Of a stretch of DNA of 64,000 nucleotides, positions 33,006 through 48,700 are shown one piece after another (within the stretch, counting starts at the first letter, position 1; each line of letters starts with the position of its first letter). The stretch lies in NCBI RefSeq assembly GCF_009914755.1, contig NC_060931.1; one strand, given 5' to 3'. The DNA is from the human T2T-CHM13v2.0 reference genome, Homo sapiens. The position numbers were made by a program, and so were the translations under genes. Below the pieces are notes generated by a model. That model saw only the letters and a list, made by a program, of their open reading frames with translations. It had not been told where the DNA came from and searched no databases.

Positions 33006-33132
33006 GAAAAGGAGGAGGAGGAGGAGAAAAAGAGGAAGGAAGGAAGGGAGAGAGGGAAAGAGGGAGGGAGGAAGGAAAGAAGGAAAGAAGGAAGGAAGGA
33101 AGGAAGGAAGGGAGGAAGGGAAGGGAGAGAGG
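33006..33132 (+). repeat. Polypurine (GGAA/GGGA)n tract in intron 1
   Basis: About 125 nt consisting only of A and G. Confidence 0.9.
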
Positions 33133-34732
33133 ACAGGTGGAACAGGACCAAACCCAGGGTCCAAGTCTGTGTATTCACCAGGGACCCTCCCACCTTCCAA
33201 ATGTTTTCCTTGGCATGCCCCCTCCTCAGGGTGCGGGCGGCAGGGGCAAGGCCTGAGGAGACTAGAAGCCTTTTCAGGACAATTCTCATTACGCAAATTA
33301 CAGGCAGAGGCGCAGGCAGGATCCGGTTCTCTGTGTGTTCAAGGAGGCCTGCCCGGCTTTATTTACATAATTTCGCACGGTTACATCACAGAGAATTTTA
33401 TGACCTCAAAACGAGACTTCCCTTGATTTCCCAGGAGCCTGACAAGTGTTGGACAATAAAAGAAAGAAAGCAAAGGAAAGAAAGGAGGCCAGCCCCAGGC
33501 CTGGATGAGCTCAGGTCCCCCGGGATGGGCAGTTTGCTTTAGAGGATGGCCCACGCCCCCTGCTTTAGTCAAACAAGGCCCCGAATTCCCAACTTGACAA
33601 TACATTAGAACTTTAATTAAACCACTGGCTCCGGAGGGACCATTTGGGAAATGCCATCCAACAGGCAGAGACAACCAATTAAAGAAACCAAACAGGTTTT
33701 CCCCGGACCAGCGAGGAGGACTTCTCAGAACACATTCCGCCGTCTTTGGCACGGTTATGCCTGCCCTTTTGGATTGCCAGGTGCAGATACCTCTTCTGAA
33801 CTTAAGACTGGTTGTGTTTAAAATTTGGCCAACTCTAGGTCAACATTTGGAATCAGAAATAGGCAAGGTGTCTCACTTTAATAAATTTTCTGAGTGACCC
33901 TGGGCTCCACGAAGCTCCAGAAAGCACCCCTAGGAGGCCTAGGACCACGGGCCCCCGGGGCTGGCCAGCCCCCTCCGTGGGCAACTTAGCGTCCTTGGCT
34001 CTGGGAAATGCAGGTCATATTGGTGGCTTTCTATCAGAAGGGATGGGCCCTGGGTCGGCACCCTGGGTTTAAGCCCAGGCTGGCAGGGGATTCGCAGACG
34101 CAGACGTGTCTGAGGTGAGGGGCAGCTTTCCCTCTTCCAGCCAGTCAGTAGGGCTGACTCTCCCAGGTGAGGGATGGGTGACCACTGGGGCCTTCTTGGA
34201 GCTGAGCTAGGAAAGCCTGGGGCGGCTGTGGGCAAACAGCCTTCTGCAGGGATTCTTCTCACCCTCTTGTGACTTCTCCAGCCTCTGGGGTCCTAGATTT
34301 TCTCTGTTTAGTCACAACCACAGCTTCCAGCAAAGGAATCTGAATTCTGGAGTGTTTATTTCTGTTTTCTTTTTTGCTTTTCCCCTGCTCTGCCTGCATC
34401 TCCCCAGTCTAAACAAATCCACTCAGACAGAAACAATGGGGTCTCTTTGTTTGGGTGTTCGGCGGCTGAAAGCGTTGAGCCATATACATCTGCTCGGCCC
34501 GACTCATAAGTAGCTGACCCCGATGGGGCGAGCGGGGAGAGCCAGAGCCCCAGAGAGCCAGAGCCCCGGAGCCCCAGCCCGGAGAGTCCGCGTGTGCCAG
34601 GAAAGCCTGAGGGGCCCAGGCCTCTGGCGAGGTGTCCCGCCCGGATGGAGAGGAAGCTGCCCGAAGCCCAGCGGCTCTGGGGTGGGGAGAACAGGGGCTC
34701 CCTCGGCCCCACCTTGGAGGGGCATTCGTTAC

Positions 34733-34787
34733 CTTGTTGGGCGCCCAGGATTCCAGGGCAGGCACCTACTGTTGAGAGTCCCCCCAT
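34733..34787 (-). CDS. MNX1: MNX1 alternative first coding exon (isoform 2, MGGLSTVGACPGILGAQQ-A..., 189 aa total)
   Basis: ATG at 34787 and donor CAAG|gtaacg. The 55 nt are phase 1 and in frame with exon 2; 55+161+354 = 570 nt = 189 aa + stop. This matches my recollection of the annotated short isoform. Confidence 0.85.
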
Positions 34788-35394
34788 AGCTGGTTCAAGC
34801 CAGGCCACCTGCCTCGGCCATCGCACCCCGGATCCAACGCCCTTCCAGAGGAGGGCAGCGCCCTGGTAAGAGCCGGGGGTTCCCTGGGCCTTGGCCTTGC
34901 CTCCCCGGGCCTCCGAAGCCCATTTCTCTTGTTTGCTGCTCCTGAAGCACTCCCTCTCCCTGGAGGGGCCGCGGGTCTCTCTAACGCCCCAGTGGGGGAC
35001 CTGGCCCAAGTTCCTTTCCCCGGTGATAAGCCCTGACCCCCATTCCCGGGCCTGCCTAATTCAGGGCGCTCTCGGCTCGCCTTCCCCCGGCGACTTCCTT
35101 CTCCTGCAGCCTTCGGGTTAATCATTAGATCTCAGTCTCACACCTCCAACTGCCCCTTCCCGTTAAGAGAGGAAGAGAAGGCAAGGCCTGCGCATGGCCA
35201 TTTTAATAATTCGCTGCCCGTCTCATGCCTGGGGGTCCGGGCGAGTCCTCGCAGGCCCCGGGCAGAGCCGAGGCGGCTTCGCAGCTCTTCCCCCGCTCGC
35301 TGGGAGCCAAGCGCAGAGAGGGGCAGGCGGTGCCGGTGGAGGATGCGCGAGGCCCTCCCGCCACGCGCATCCACGGGGGCCGCAGGGTACTCAC

Positions 35395-35684
35395 AGTTGA
35401 AGTCGGGCATCTTAGGCAGGATCATGCCCGCGGTGGACGCGCGCAGCCACTGGTCCAGCTGGAAGGTGCCGGCGCCCAGCTTGATGGGGTCGGCGGGGTG
35501 CGCGGGGTGCGCGCCTTGCACCTGCGGGTACGAGTAGGAGAGCGCCGGGTGCTGGCCCGCCAGCGCAGCCGCCGCCGCCGCCGCGGAGTAGCCGTAGACC
35601 GGGTGGCCGTAGAGCGCCGCCTGCGCCGGGAGGCCCGCGCCGCCCTGCGCGCCCCCAGGGTGCAGCCCCAGCGCCAGGCCCCCA

Positions 35685-35719
<35 letters not shown>

Positions 35720-36091
35720 AGCGGCCGCTGCGCCCGGATGCGCGTGGTGGTGGGGCCCCCCGTGCCCGCCGCCCGTGCCGCCGCCGCCGCCGCCCGCGCC
35801 CAGGAAGCCCGGCTTGGGCAGCAGCGCGCAGTGCGCGGCCAGCAGGCGCGGCGGCGACGGGCTCTCGGCGCGCAGGCGGTCGGCGGGCGCAGCCGGCGGC
35901 TCCGAGGACGCGGGGCTGCAGCTGCCGCTAGTCCCGCCGCTCGCCCCGCCGCCGCCGCCGCCACCTCCGGTGCCAGATGCGGCGGCGGCGAGCGACGTGA
36001 CCAAGGCCAGCGGCGCGCTCTGCGCAGAGGCGGCTCGTGGGGGGTCCACCGCCAGCAGGGCGTCGATGCGGAAATTTTTGGATTTTTCCAT
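35395..36091 (-). CDS. MNX1: MNX1 (HB9) coding exon 1 (697 nt): eh1 motif FRIDALL, Gly-rich tracts, 16-Ala tract, conserved TFQLDQWLR...MILPKMPDF block
   Basis: The ORF begins [18 protein letters not shown], which is the MNX1 N-terminus. The donor is AACT|gtgagt (plus-strand AC at 35393-35394). Phase 1 joins exon 2 as T+CC = Ser. Confidence 0.98.
35684..35731 (-). repeat. Coding polyalanine tract, 16 Ala, core (GCC)11
   Basis: Minus strand GCA GCG GCC GCT (GCC)11 GCT; plus-strand (GGC)11 at 35687-35719. Confidence 0.95.
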
Positions 36092-36400
36092 CGGCTCGTT
36101 TGGGGCTGGCGCTCAGGGCCCGGTGGCGGGCGACGCGGCCGTGTGCGGGCTCGCGGAGTCAGTGCGTGCGGTGCAAGCCCGGGGGCTCGGTATTGTTATG
36201 GTGGTTATTTGCCAATAATCAAAGTCGCCGCCGGAAACTCAGCCGAGGGTGACCATGGTCCCGGCGCCTCCTCCGTGCGGGCCCCGCCCCGGGCCGCGCT
36301 CGCACAAACTCCCACGCGAGTGCTTCCCCGCGTCCGGGCCCGGGAGCCCGGTTCTTTGCGCTGCAGCCCTCAGGCGACCGCGCGGAGGCCGCTGCCGCCG
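36092..36400 (-). other. MNX1: MNX1 5'UTR (TSS approximate)
   Basis: Lies between the ATG and the CCAAT-box promoter; the length of about 300 nt is from recall of the mRNA. Confidence 0.6.
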
Positions 36401-36589
36401 TGGTGGGGACCCGCGCCCCTCCGCGCACTTGAAGCTCAGCGCGGCTTCCGATTGGCGCGCGCAGCGGGGGCCCGGGGAGGGCCGCGGGCTCCGCCATTGG
36501 CCGAGGGGCGCACCTGTCACCGTCCCGGCCGCCCGCCGCCCCGCCCCCGCGCCGCGAGGTCCTAAGCAGCCCGGGCTGTTGCGCGGCGC

Positions 36590-36600
<11 letters not shown>
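36400..36600. promoter_or_regulatory. Bidirectional CpG-island promoter of MNX1 / MNX1-AS1
   Basis: Two minus-strand CCAAT boxes (ATTGG at 36451-36455 and 36496-36500), GC boxes around 36530-36550, and an NKX2-type CACTTGA at 36426-36432. No TATA box. Confidence 0.8.
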
Positions 36601-42167
<5,567 letters not shown>

Positions 42168-42338
42168 ACATTTGAATGCTTCAGTGTGTGAATTTTTTAG
42201 CGCATTCTGACTCGAAATTATGGCTGAATAGTGGCGCACTAATGTCCAAGTCCATGTTCGATAATGGCAGGAAGTCTGCACTAATTGGTCTATTTAGTAG
42301 TTGCTGAGGTGGCAAAAGCTGCAGCTGCTGGTGGCTGA

Positions 42339-42360
42339 AAGAGAGAGAGAGAGAGAGAGA
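42339..42360 (+). repeat. (GA)n microsatellite
   Basis: Directly visible. Confidence 0.9.
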
Positions 42361-42699
42361 CCTCCTCTTAGGCCACTTCCCAGAGCTGTGGCAGTGGGGG
42401 AGGGGGAATTCCCCAGGATGGTGTTTGTGGTCAAGTTCACCTCTGGCAACCCTGCCTAAGCTCTTCTCACAGGTGCACGCATTCAAGTCCTGAAGAGCCC
42501 TCCCCGCCCCCAACAGTGTTCATGTCCCGGGCTGGGGGCCCGCCTGGGAGGGGCTCTATATGCCGGTGGGACCTGGCTGCTTTGCCTCGCATTCTCCCCA
42601 CTCTTCCCCTTCCCAGGGCAGCTTTTCTCCCCGCACCCCATCTCTCTCCCCTTTGCTTTCTAACTGGGTTGGGAAGCTAATCTGCCAAGAGCCCGCTGC

Positions 42700-42858
42700 T
42701 TAGCCGGTGCGGTGGCATGTGCCTGTGGTCCCAGCTACTTGGGAGGCTGGAACAGGAGAATCGCCTGAGCCCAGGGGTAGAGGTGAGGCTGCAGTGAGCT
42801 AGGATTGCACCATGGCGCTCCAGCCTGGGCCACAGAGCAAGACTGTCTGAAAAAAAGA
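42700..42858 (+). mobile_element. Alu right monomer (FRAM)
   Basis: Consensus match. Confidence 0.85.
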
Positions 42859-43509
42859 ACCTGCTGCCCACCTCACCATTTGAACTGGGAATATTTTACC
42901 AGAGAGAATGTGGACATGGAGAAGCCACCGTCACACACAGAGTAAGGGTGTGTGGGGTGGGGGCAGATTTAAGATGGACTCTGGACAGTTCCCGAGCCAC
43001 TAGAGTGCCCATCCCTGCCAGGAGGCCCCAGATGCTCAGGGGTTTCAGCGGCCTTCTGCAGCCTCAGCCAGTGCTTACACCACACCTGGGAGCAGCATGG
43101 GCCGCCCTCTGCCTCACCGAGGGGCAAACCGGCTGAGGACCCAGGCACGAAGAGTGTCACCAGCTCTGACCACAAGCCCCGTAGACCAGGGCTGCGTCCA
43201 TAATCGGGGTTGATGGCATTAGTTATTATATTATAACCTCCTTGTTGCGTGATTCTAGTAATTTATTTTCCCACTTGGCCTTTGACTGGGCTGGGCTCCT
43301 CCCAGTGGAACAACAGGGGGTGTCGTGTTTGCAGCAGAAACGCACACTGGGATCCTTTCTTGCAACAGCTGGGCCGGCTGGGTCTTTTCTCTTGTCTTCT
43401 GTACACAGGCCCCTCTCCGCTGTTTCTGCAGAGACCGAGGTGGGAGGGAGAAAGACCCTCCAGCCCTCTGCTCCCACCCTCCCCGCAGTCTCCGGGGCCC
43501 TGTGCTGCA

Positions 43510-43740
43510 GGCAAGATAATTTGGCTAATGAACTCGTTAAAGGGCCCCTGGTGACCCGCCCCGGCTTCCCCTCGGCCCATCTGGGAAATTCCATTGAAAG
43601 GCTGGAGAAGGTTCCTCAGCCCCGCCGCCTTCTGTCGCTGCTAGAGGCGCGAACCCGGTGACTCTGGGCCCCTTACATTAAAATAATTACCCGGCGGAAC
43701 AGGTGGCCCACTCCCGGCGCCTGGGTGCATCTGGGCCCCC
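43510..43740. promoter_or_regulatory. Motor-neuron enhancer-like block (Isl1-Lhx3 elements plus E-boxes), about 7.1-7.3 kb upstream of MNX1
   Basis: CATTAGCCAAATTA on the minus strand (43517-43530) equals the Isl1-Lhx3 consensus CATTAnnnAAATTA. A second element, CATTAAAATAATTA, is at 43676-43689. E-boxes are CATCTG 43578, CAGGTG 43700 and CATCTG 43728. Confidence 0.7.
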
Positions 43741-44506
43741 GGAGCCGCAGCCCGGGAGGAGGGGAGCGGCACGCCCAGGGGAGGGAAGGTCAGGCCCGCT
43801 GAGCCGGGAGCCGGGAGGGTAGAGAGGGGCTTTCCTAGGGACAGACGGTCCCGGGGCACCCAGGCCTCCGCGGCCGAGCGGGCTGAGGCCTAAGCAGGGA
43901 GGCCGTCGCCTTCAGGCACAGGTAAGCGCAGCCCGCGCACCGCTTGGGACGCACCTGGCCACCTGCGCTGCCACCCAAGCTTGGGGTATGCGGGTGCCCG
44001 AGCAGAACCCCGAACTCGCACCGGGCTCCGAGGTTGGAGCAACTCCTAACACTGGGCTCGGAGCTAGGGGCTTGCTGGAGGGGCGCTTGCCGCGCCGGCC
44101 CTCGGGGCTCACAGCCGGGCACGCCGGACTGCGGCGAGCGCGTGGGCGAGCGTGTCAGGAGCGTGCGCCCTGGGTGCGCGCGTGCGAGAGCGCACGTGTA
44201 GGGTGGCTTCCAGTCCTCCCTTCCCGCCTGAGAAGCGTCCACGCGGAGTTCCAGGCCGGGCGCTGGGGAAGGAGGTCCCGGGGACGCTGCTGAAAAGAGA
44301 GCGGCCAGCCCAGGCGCGGGGCCAAGCCTATTGCCAAAAACATATTACCCTGCGACATTCTGTAAATGAGATAATGATCCATAAACCCGGATGATAGATG
44401 TGGCGTGCCTGCGATGTCTTCTCTAAATGAGCTGCTCGCATCGACTGCTAATAATGGTGAGTTTATGGAAGCGATTTCAGCGCAAACTGCGAGAGGGTCT
44501 TCTTAC

Positions 44507-44631
44507 TCTAATCAGCCTGCCTGAGCTAATGGACGAGGGGGTCAGGCTGAGAGTTATTGACACGCCCGTGCCCTTAACCTGTTTCCCAATAAAGCTGATT
44601 AGTTTTTGTCAATTCATCAGCTAACCACTCT
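44507..44631. promoter_or_regulatory. Conserved 125-bp Hb9 motor neuron enhancer (region B)
   Basis: The ends TCTAATCAGCCTGCC and ATTCATCAGCTAACCACTCT are recognised from the mouse element, and the span is exactly 125 bp. It carries a PBX/HOX site TGATGAAT with an adjacent MEIS-like TGACA on the minus strand. Confidence 0.8.
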
Positions 44632-45433
44632 TGCTGGAACTGCATCAAAGCCTTATTTGCTCAGGGGAAATCAACAAGTCACAGATCAGCTCCATTAAGG
44701 GGCCCGGCCCGGCAAGGACAGTCCTGGAGCCGAGGGACGCCCCGACGGACCTCGGGCCTCCCCCGAGGTTCGCAGAGGGGCTGACAGCGTGGCCCCCCTT
44801 AACTCCGAGCACCACGACCCGGATGCACATAACTGTGTCCGGAAACTTCTCTTTCTCTGCAGGTGGAGCAGCGCCTGTGCGGCTCCGCGCTATGGCTCCA
44901 AGGCTCCGGCCCTGGCGTCTGGGCTCGGTCGGGGACAGTTTCCACGCGAGGCGGAGCCTAGCTGGAGGTCACAGGGCGGTGGAGAGCGAGGGCATGAGGG
45001 AGGGAGCTGGGAACCGCGCAGTGTCCGCGGCCACGAATCTCTCCTACGCGTCCCCATGAGGCGACCTAAGGGGAAGAGTGCAGGACCCTAGGACCCCCCC
45101 ACCCCGGGCAGCGCGGGCCTGAGCTTGGGGGACAGGCAGAAGGGGATCAAACCCGCACCCAGCGCAGACTCCTACTTGCTCAGTGACTTCGCAAGCTCGT
45201 GGGAGGGAGCTGGGCGCGCCCGAGGGCACCTGGGCTGAGGTTCCAGTAGCTGGCTCTACCTGCGCTTCAGGTGAGCGGCTGCAGGAAGGGCCCTCCCAGG
45301 TATCCCTCGGCTCCCGCTGGCAGGAGTGAGCCCATCGGCCGCCGCCGGCGGAGGTGACCCCAACGCCCTGGCTCAGGGGCGGGGAAGGAAAATGTGCGTT
45401 GTCCCTTTAAGCCCCCGGCCACTGCCACCTCCC

Positions 45434-45746
45434 GGCCCCATCCCCCTTCAATTTAATTTCATTAAAACAGAGCATGAATATTTCTATTAAACCTAAAATG
45501 AAATATGAAGCCATTTAGACTCTGCCTGCACCAATCACCCAGATTTATGACTTTTATTCATCACATCAAGAGCTTGGAAAAATGAATTTTCTTCACCCAG
45601 GAAGGAAATAAAACCTCAGGCTTGGTCATTTCCAGAAAGCTGTTAATTTGACCATGTGGTAATTACTTTCACAATTAACTAAAATACAAATCAACTTGAC
45701 AAATTGGGCTAGTTTATATATTAATTAGCCCCCTTAAATTTATTCA
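45434..45746. promoter_or_regulatory. Conserved 313-bp Hb9 enhancer (region A)
   Basis: The ends GCCCCATCCCCCTTCAAT and TTAAATTTATTCA are recognised, and the span is exactly 313 bp. It has dense TAAT/TAATTA sites and TTTATGAC at 45544. Confidence 0.8.
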
Positions 45747-48700
45747 TTATGAAAAGACAATTTAAGGGGACCTGCGGTGTCTGTTTTATTGCAATAAATT
45801 ATTGTTAGGAAATGGGTCTAATAAAATATCTTAATATTTAAGGATATTGTATACGCGGGGGGTATGCTTTATTGACAATTTCATTTTCCAATTAGTAATT
45901 TTGTTGTAATATATCTGCGAACCGGGGACTCCCGGGCAGGGAGGCAGGATTCTCCCGGCTGGGGCGGTCTGAGTAGCTGGGTCTGAGCCTCGGGCTGAGA
46001 AGAGTAAATTCTGCAGAAAGGGCCGCGTCCGATCGGCGCAAACGTTCGGTTCGTAGCAGGAGCTTCTCCAGGCGGCCACCGAACCCAGGTCCAGGACTCG
46101 GCACTCCTGGAGCCCTCCTCCCCACGCAGACCGCGGGGGCTGATTTAATAGAATGTCGATAGAATCATTCGATGCCTTTTAGCTTGTGATCTTTATAAAT
46201 GTCCCTCTATTAAATTAGAAAATGATTCTCTTCTCGTTTAATTGTATTCTTTCGTTTCTTATTTCCAATTAATTAGTCCTATCGACGTTGCAATATTTTA
46301 AGTGACTTGAGTCCGTTTCCAGTTAGAATATATGGGTCAGCACATGCAATTTTATACCCGACAGGACTATATAATGTGGGTTTTAACTACTCGTTCCTCA
46401 TCTGTCTTAAACATCTGGCCAGGATGCGCCACCCGGCCTCCTCGCAGATCCTTCCTGGGGCAGGTGGGCACCACGCGGGACCCTCCCGGGGGCTCCCGCA
46501 GGCGCCTCTTGCTGCCCGGGGCCAAGGGTCGGGCAGCCCATAGCGTCCGGCCTGGGCCTTTACTTGGAATTCTTTCTGTTGAAGACTTGGTCCCAGCCCA
46601 GTGGTTCTGGGATAAGAAGACCCCGCAGAGGGGCCCAGCACCGCGTTCCTACGAGACACCTGAGCTGCACTGTGTTTCCACGGGCTAGGAGAGCGGTGAC
46701 TCCCCAGCCTCCCCGTAGGCCTCGCTCGCACCGCAGAGGGATGGCTGGCCCGTGCCGCTCCGCGGTTCCCCTCCCCGGGCGGATCCGCGCAGGGAGAGCC
46801 CGGCGGGCCTGGGCTTGGGCCTGGGCCTGGTTCGGGGGTGCAGGCCAAGAGGGGCGCCAGGCCGGGCTCCCCTACCCGAGCACGTCAGTTCCACCCCCTC
46901 CCTTCTTGCTGCCCTACAAAACTTTAAAATCACTTTTTAAAAGACCGTGTCTCCTCTCGGCAGCCCCCCTCGACCTCTTCGCAGGCGCCTGAGCAGCCCC
47001 GCACCGAGGGGCGCACCTTTGCTTTTGCGAGCTGCGCGGCGCGGACACCCGGGCTGCGCTCAGCCCCCACCCCCACAGGCTTCCCAGCCGTCTGCCCGAG
47101 TTCGGCTTCAACGGGAGCGGGGCTCCACTTTTCCTTAATTGACGAAGTCACGGATTCCTCCCGGGCGGATTTATGGGGCTGCGCGTTGTGCCGGCGCCCG
47201 CTGCTTCGCATCTGCGCGCCCGCCCGGTGCCGGGCCCCGCCCTCCGCCTCAGCCCCAAGCTCGGCCCGCGGGCCCGGCCACAGGTGCCCCGGCGGCCCCG
47301 CCTGGCCCGAGGGAAGAGGGCAGCTGGGAGGGGCCCCGGCCGCCGCCCGTTCCTGCTGCGGGTGAGCACCAGGTCCCCGCGGGCCTTGCGCGGTGCCCCC
47401 CAGCTCAGCGTGGCGCTCGGCGGCCCAAGGTCTGGGGCGTGGAGGGCGTCAGCACCTGGCCGACTCGCCGGTTCCCATAGGCTGCCTCGCCCCGCGTTTT
47501 CCTAGCGGGGGATGGCGGCTCCCCGTGTCCGCATCGCTGCCGGGCCCTGCCACCCCAACCCCGGCCGCAGTGGCTGGAAGCCGTGGCCTTTTCCGGGCTC
47601 CGAGAGCCGGCGGGGCGGTTTTCCTCCGGGTTTCCTCCCGCCGGGGTCTTGGGAGCCCCTCAGCCTCGCCCTCCCTGCAGGGAGAAACCTGTCTACTGCG
47701 TGAATTTCTAAGCAGCTGATCCTTCAGGCCCAAGACTCCTAGAGTGGAAAGGGTTCCCCGGAATAGTAAGCGCGCCGTCACCTTGGGTTTCTTCTTCCCA
47801 GAGCAAGGAGACCCCCGTTTTCCTCATGACCCGCGTCCTAAAAGGTGGGGAGGTGAGATTCACTGGGAATCGTGAACCTGCCCCCGGCTTCTCCCGGGGC
47901 AGCCTCCCCCGGTCAGGGGAGGAGGGAGCCCTTCCCTTCAACCCCGAAAGGTTCCTTCCTGGTCCCTAGCTTTGCTCTTTGCAGGCAGGGATGGGGCTGG
48001 CACGCCTTGCGGAGAATTTTACCGTTTTAAATATGGACCTAGAGGCCAGGTCGGAAAGGGGAAAGAAGCTGCGCCTTGCCGAGGGTCCTGTGGCCGGAGC
48101 AGGGCCTGACTCCTGACTCCCATCCAGCGCCCCTTCTAGAAATTGTCCCTCTGGGGAGAATGCCTGCTGTTACACAATGGCTTTTTTTTGAGGGGAGAGG
48201 AGGATTTCAGGTCAACTGAAGCTAGCAGCCATTCCTTCAGGGCCGCTGGCTAAGATGGAAGGGGAGAGAAGGACGCTGTGGTCTAGCAGGAGAAGGTCAG
48301 AGACTCCCAGAAATCTCTAACACTGCAACCGCAGGCTGGCCATTCCCAGCAGGATCTCAACAGCTGACCATCTTCCTGTGTGCACCCGAGTCCATCTGGG
48401 GGGGTAAATTCAACATTTGCTCATCTTCTCTTACTGAATGTTAGCTTCTATTGTCTACGTACGGGTTAAAGGGGAAAAGGAGTCCTTGGCAATTAAAGAG
48501 CACTGGATGGCTGAAATCTGCAGAAATCGGCCCAGCCTCCCCCCAGCAGCCCCTGGTCCACCCTGGGAAAATGACTAGCTTTCTTTCCATCTCTCCACTC
48601 CATCTGAACGTGATCGGAGCTATAGCTAAGAGGCCAGCCCAAGGGTGACCTGCCAGACTTGAGTGCGTGAGCGCTGGCTGAGGCCACACCTGCTGGGCAT

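Larger units (their letters stand above)
43550..47930. other. Upstream CpG-island cluster interleaved with AT-rich enhancer cores
   Basis: CpG-rich segments at about 43.55-45.43 kb and 45.9-47.9 kb. Confidence 0.8.

Noticed and set aside
32457-33426. 279-aa and 182-aa ORFs in intron 1
   Set aside because: They are held open by the polypurine tract and the Alu fragment.
35225-36565. 446-aa plus-strand ORF and other long ORFs overlapping MNX1 exons (e.g. 30817-31740, 36219-37084)
   Set aside because: They are antisense or alternative-frame shadows of very GC-rich DNA with low-complexity Gly/Arg/Ala content and no domain.
44281-44700. No CANNTG E-box near the 125-bp enhancer, which might suggest human-specific loss
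   Set aside because: The E-box plus Isl1-Lhx3 module appears to lie separately at 43510-43740.
46843-48142. CTCF-like words (46843, 48125, also 25972)
   Set aside because: Each misses a core position of the consensus, so they are not callable by eye.
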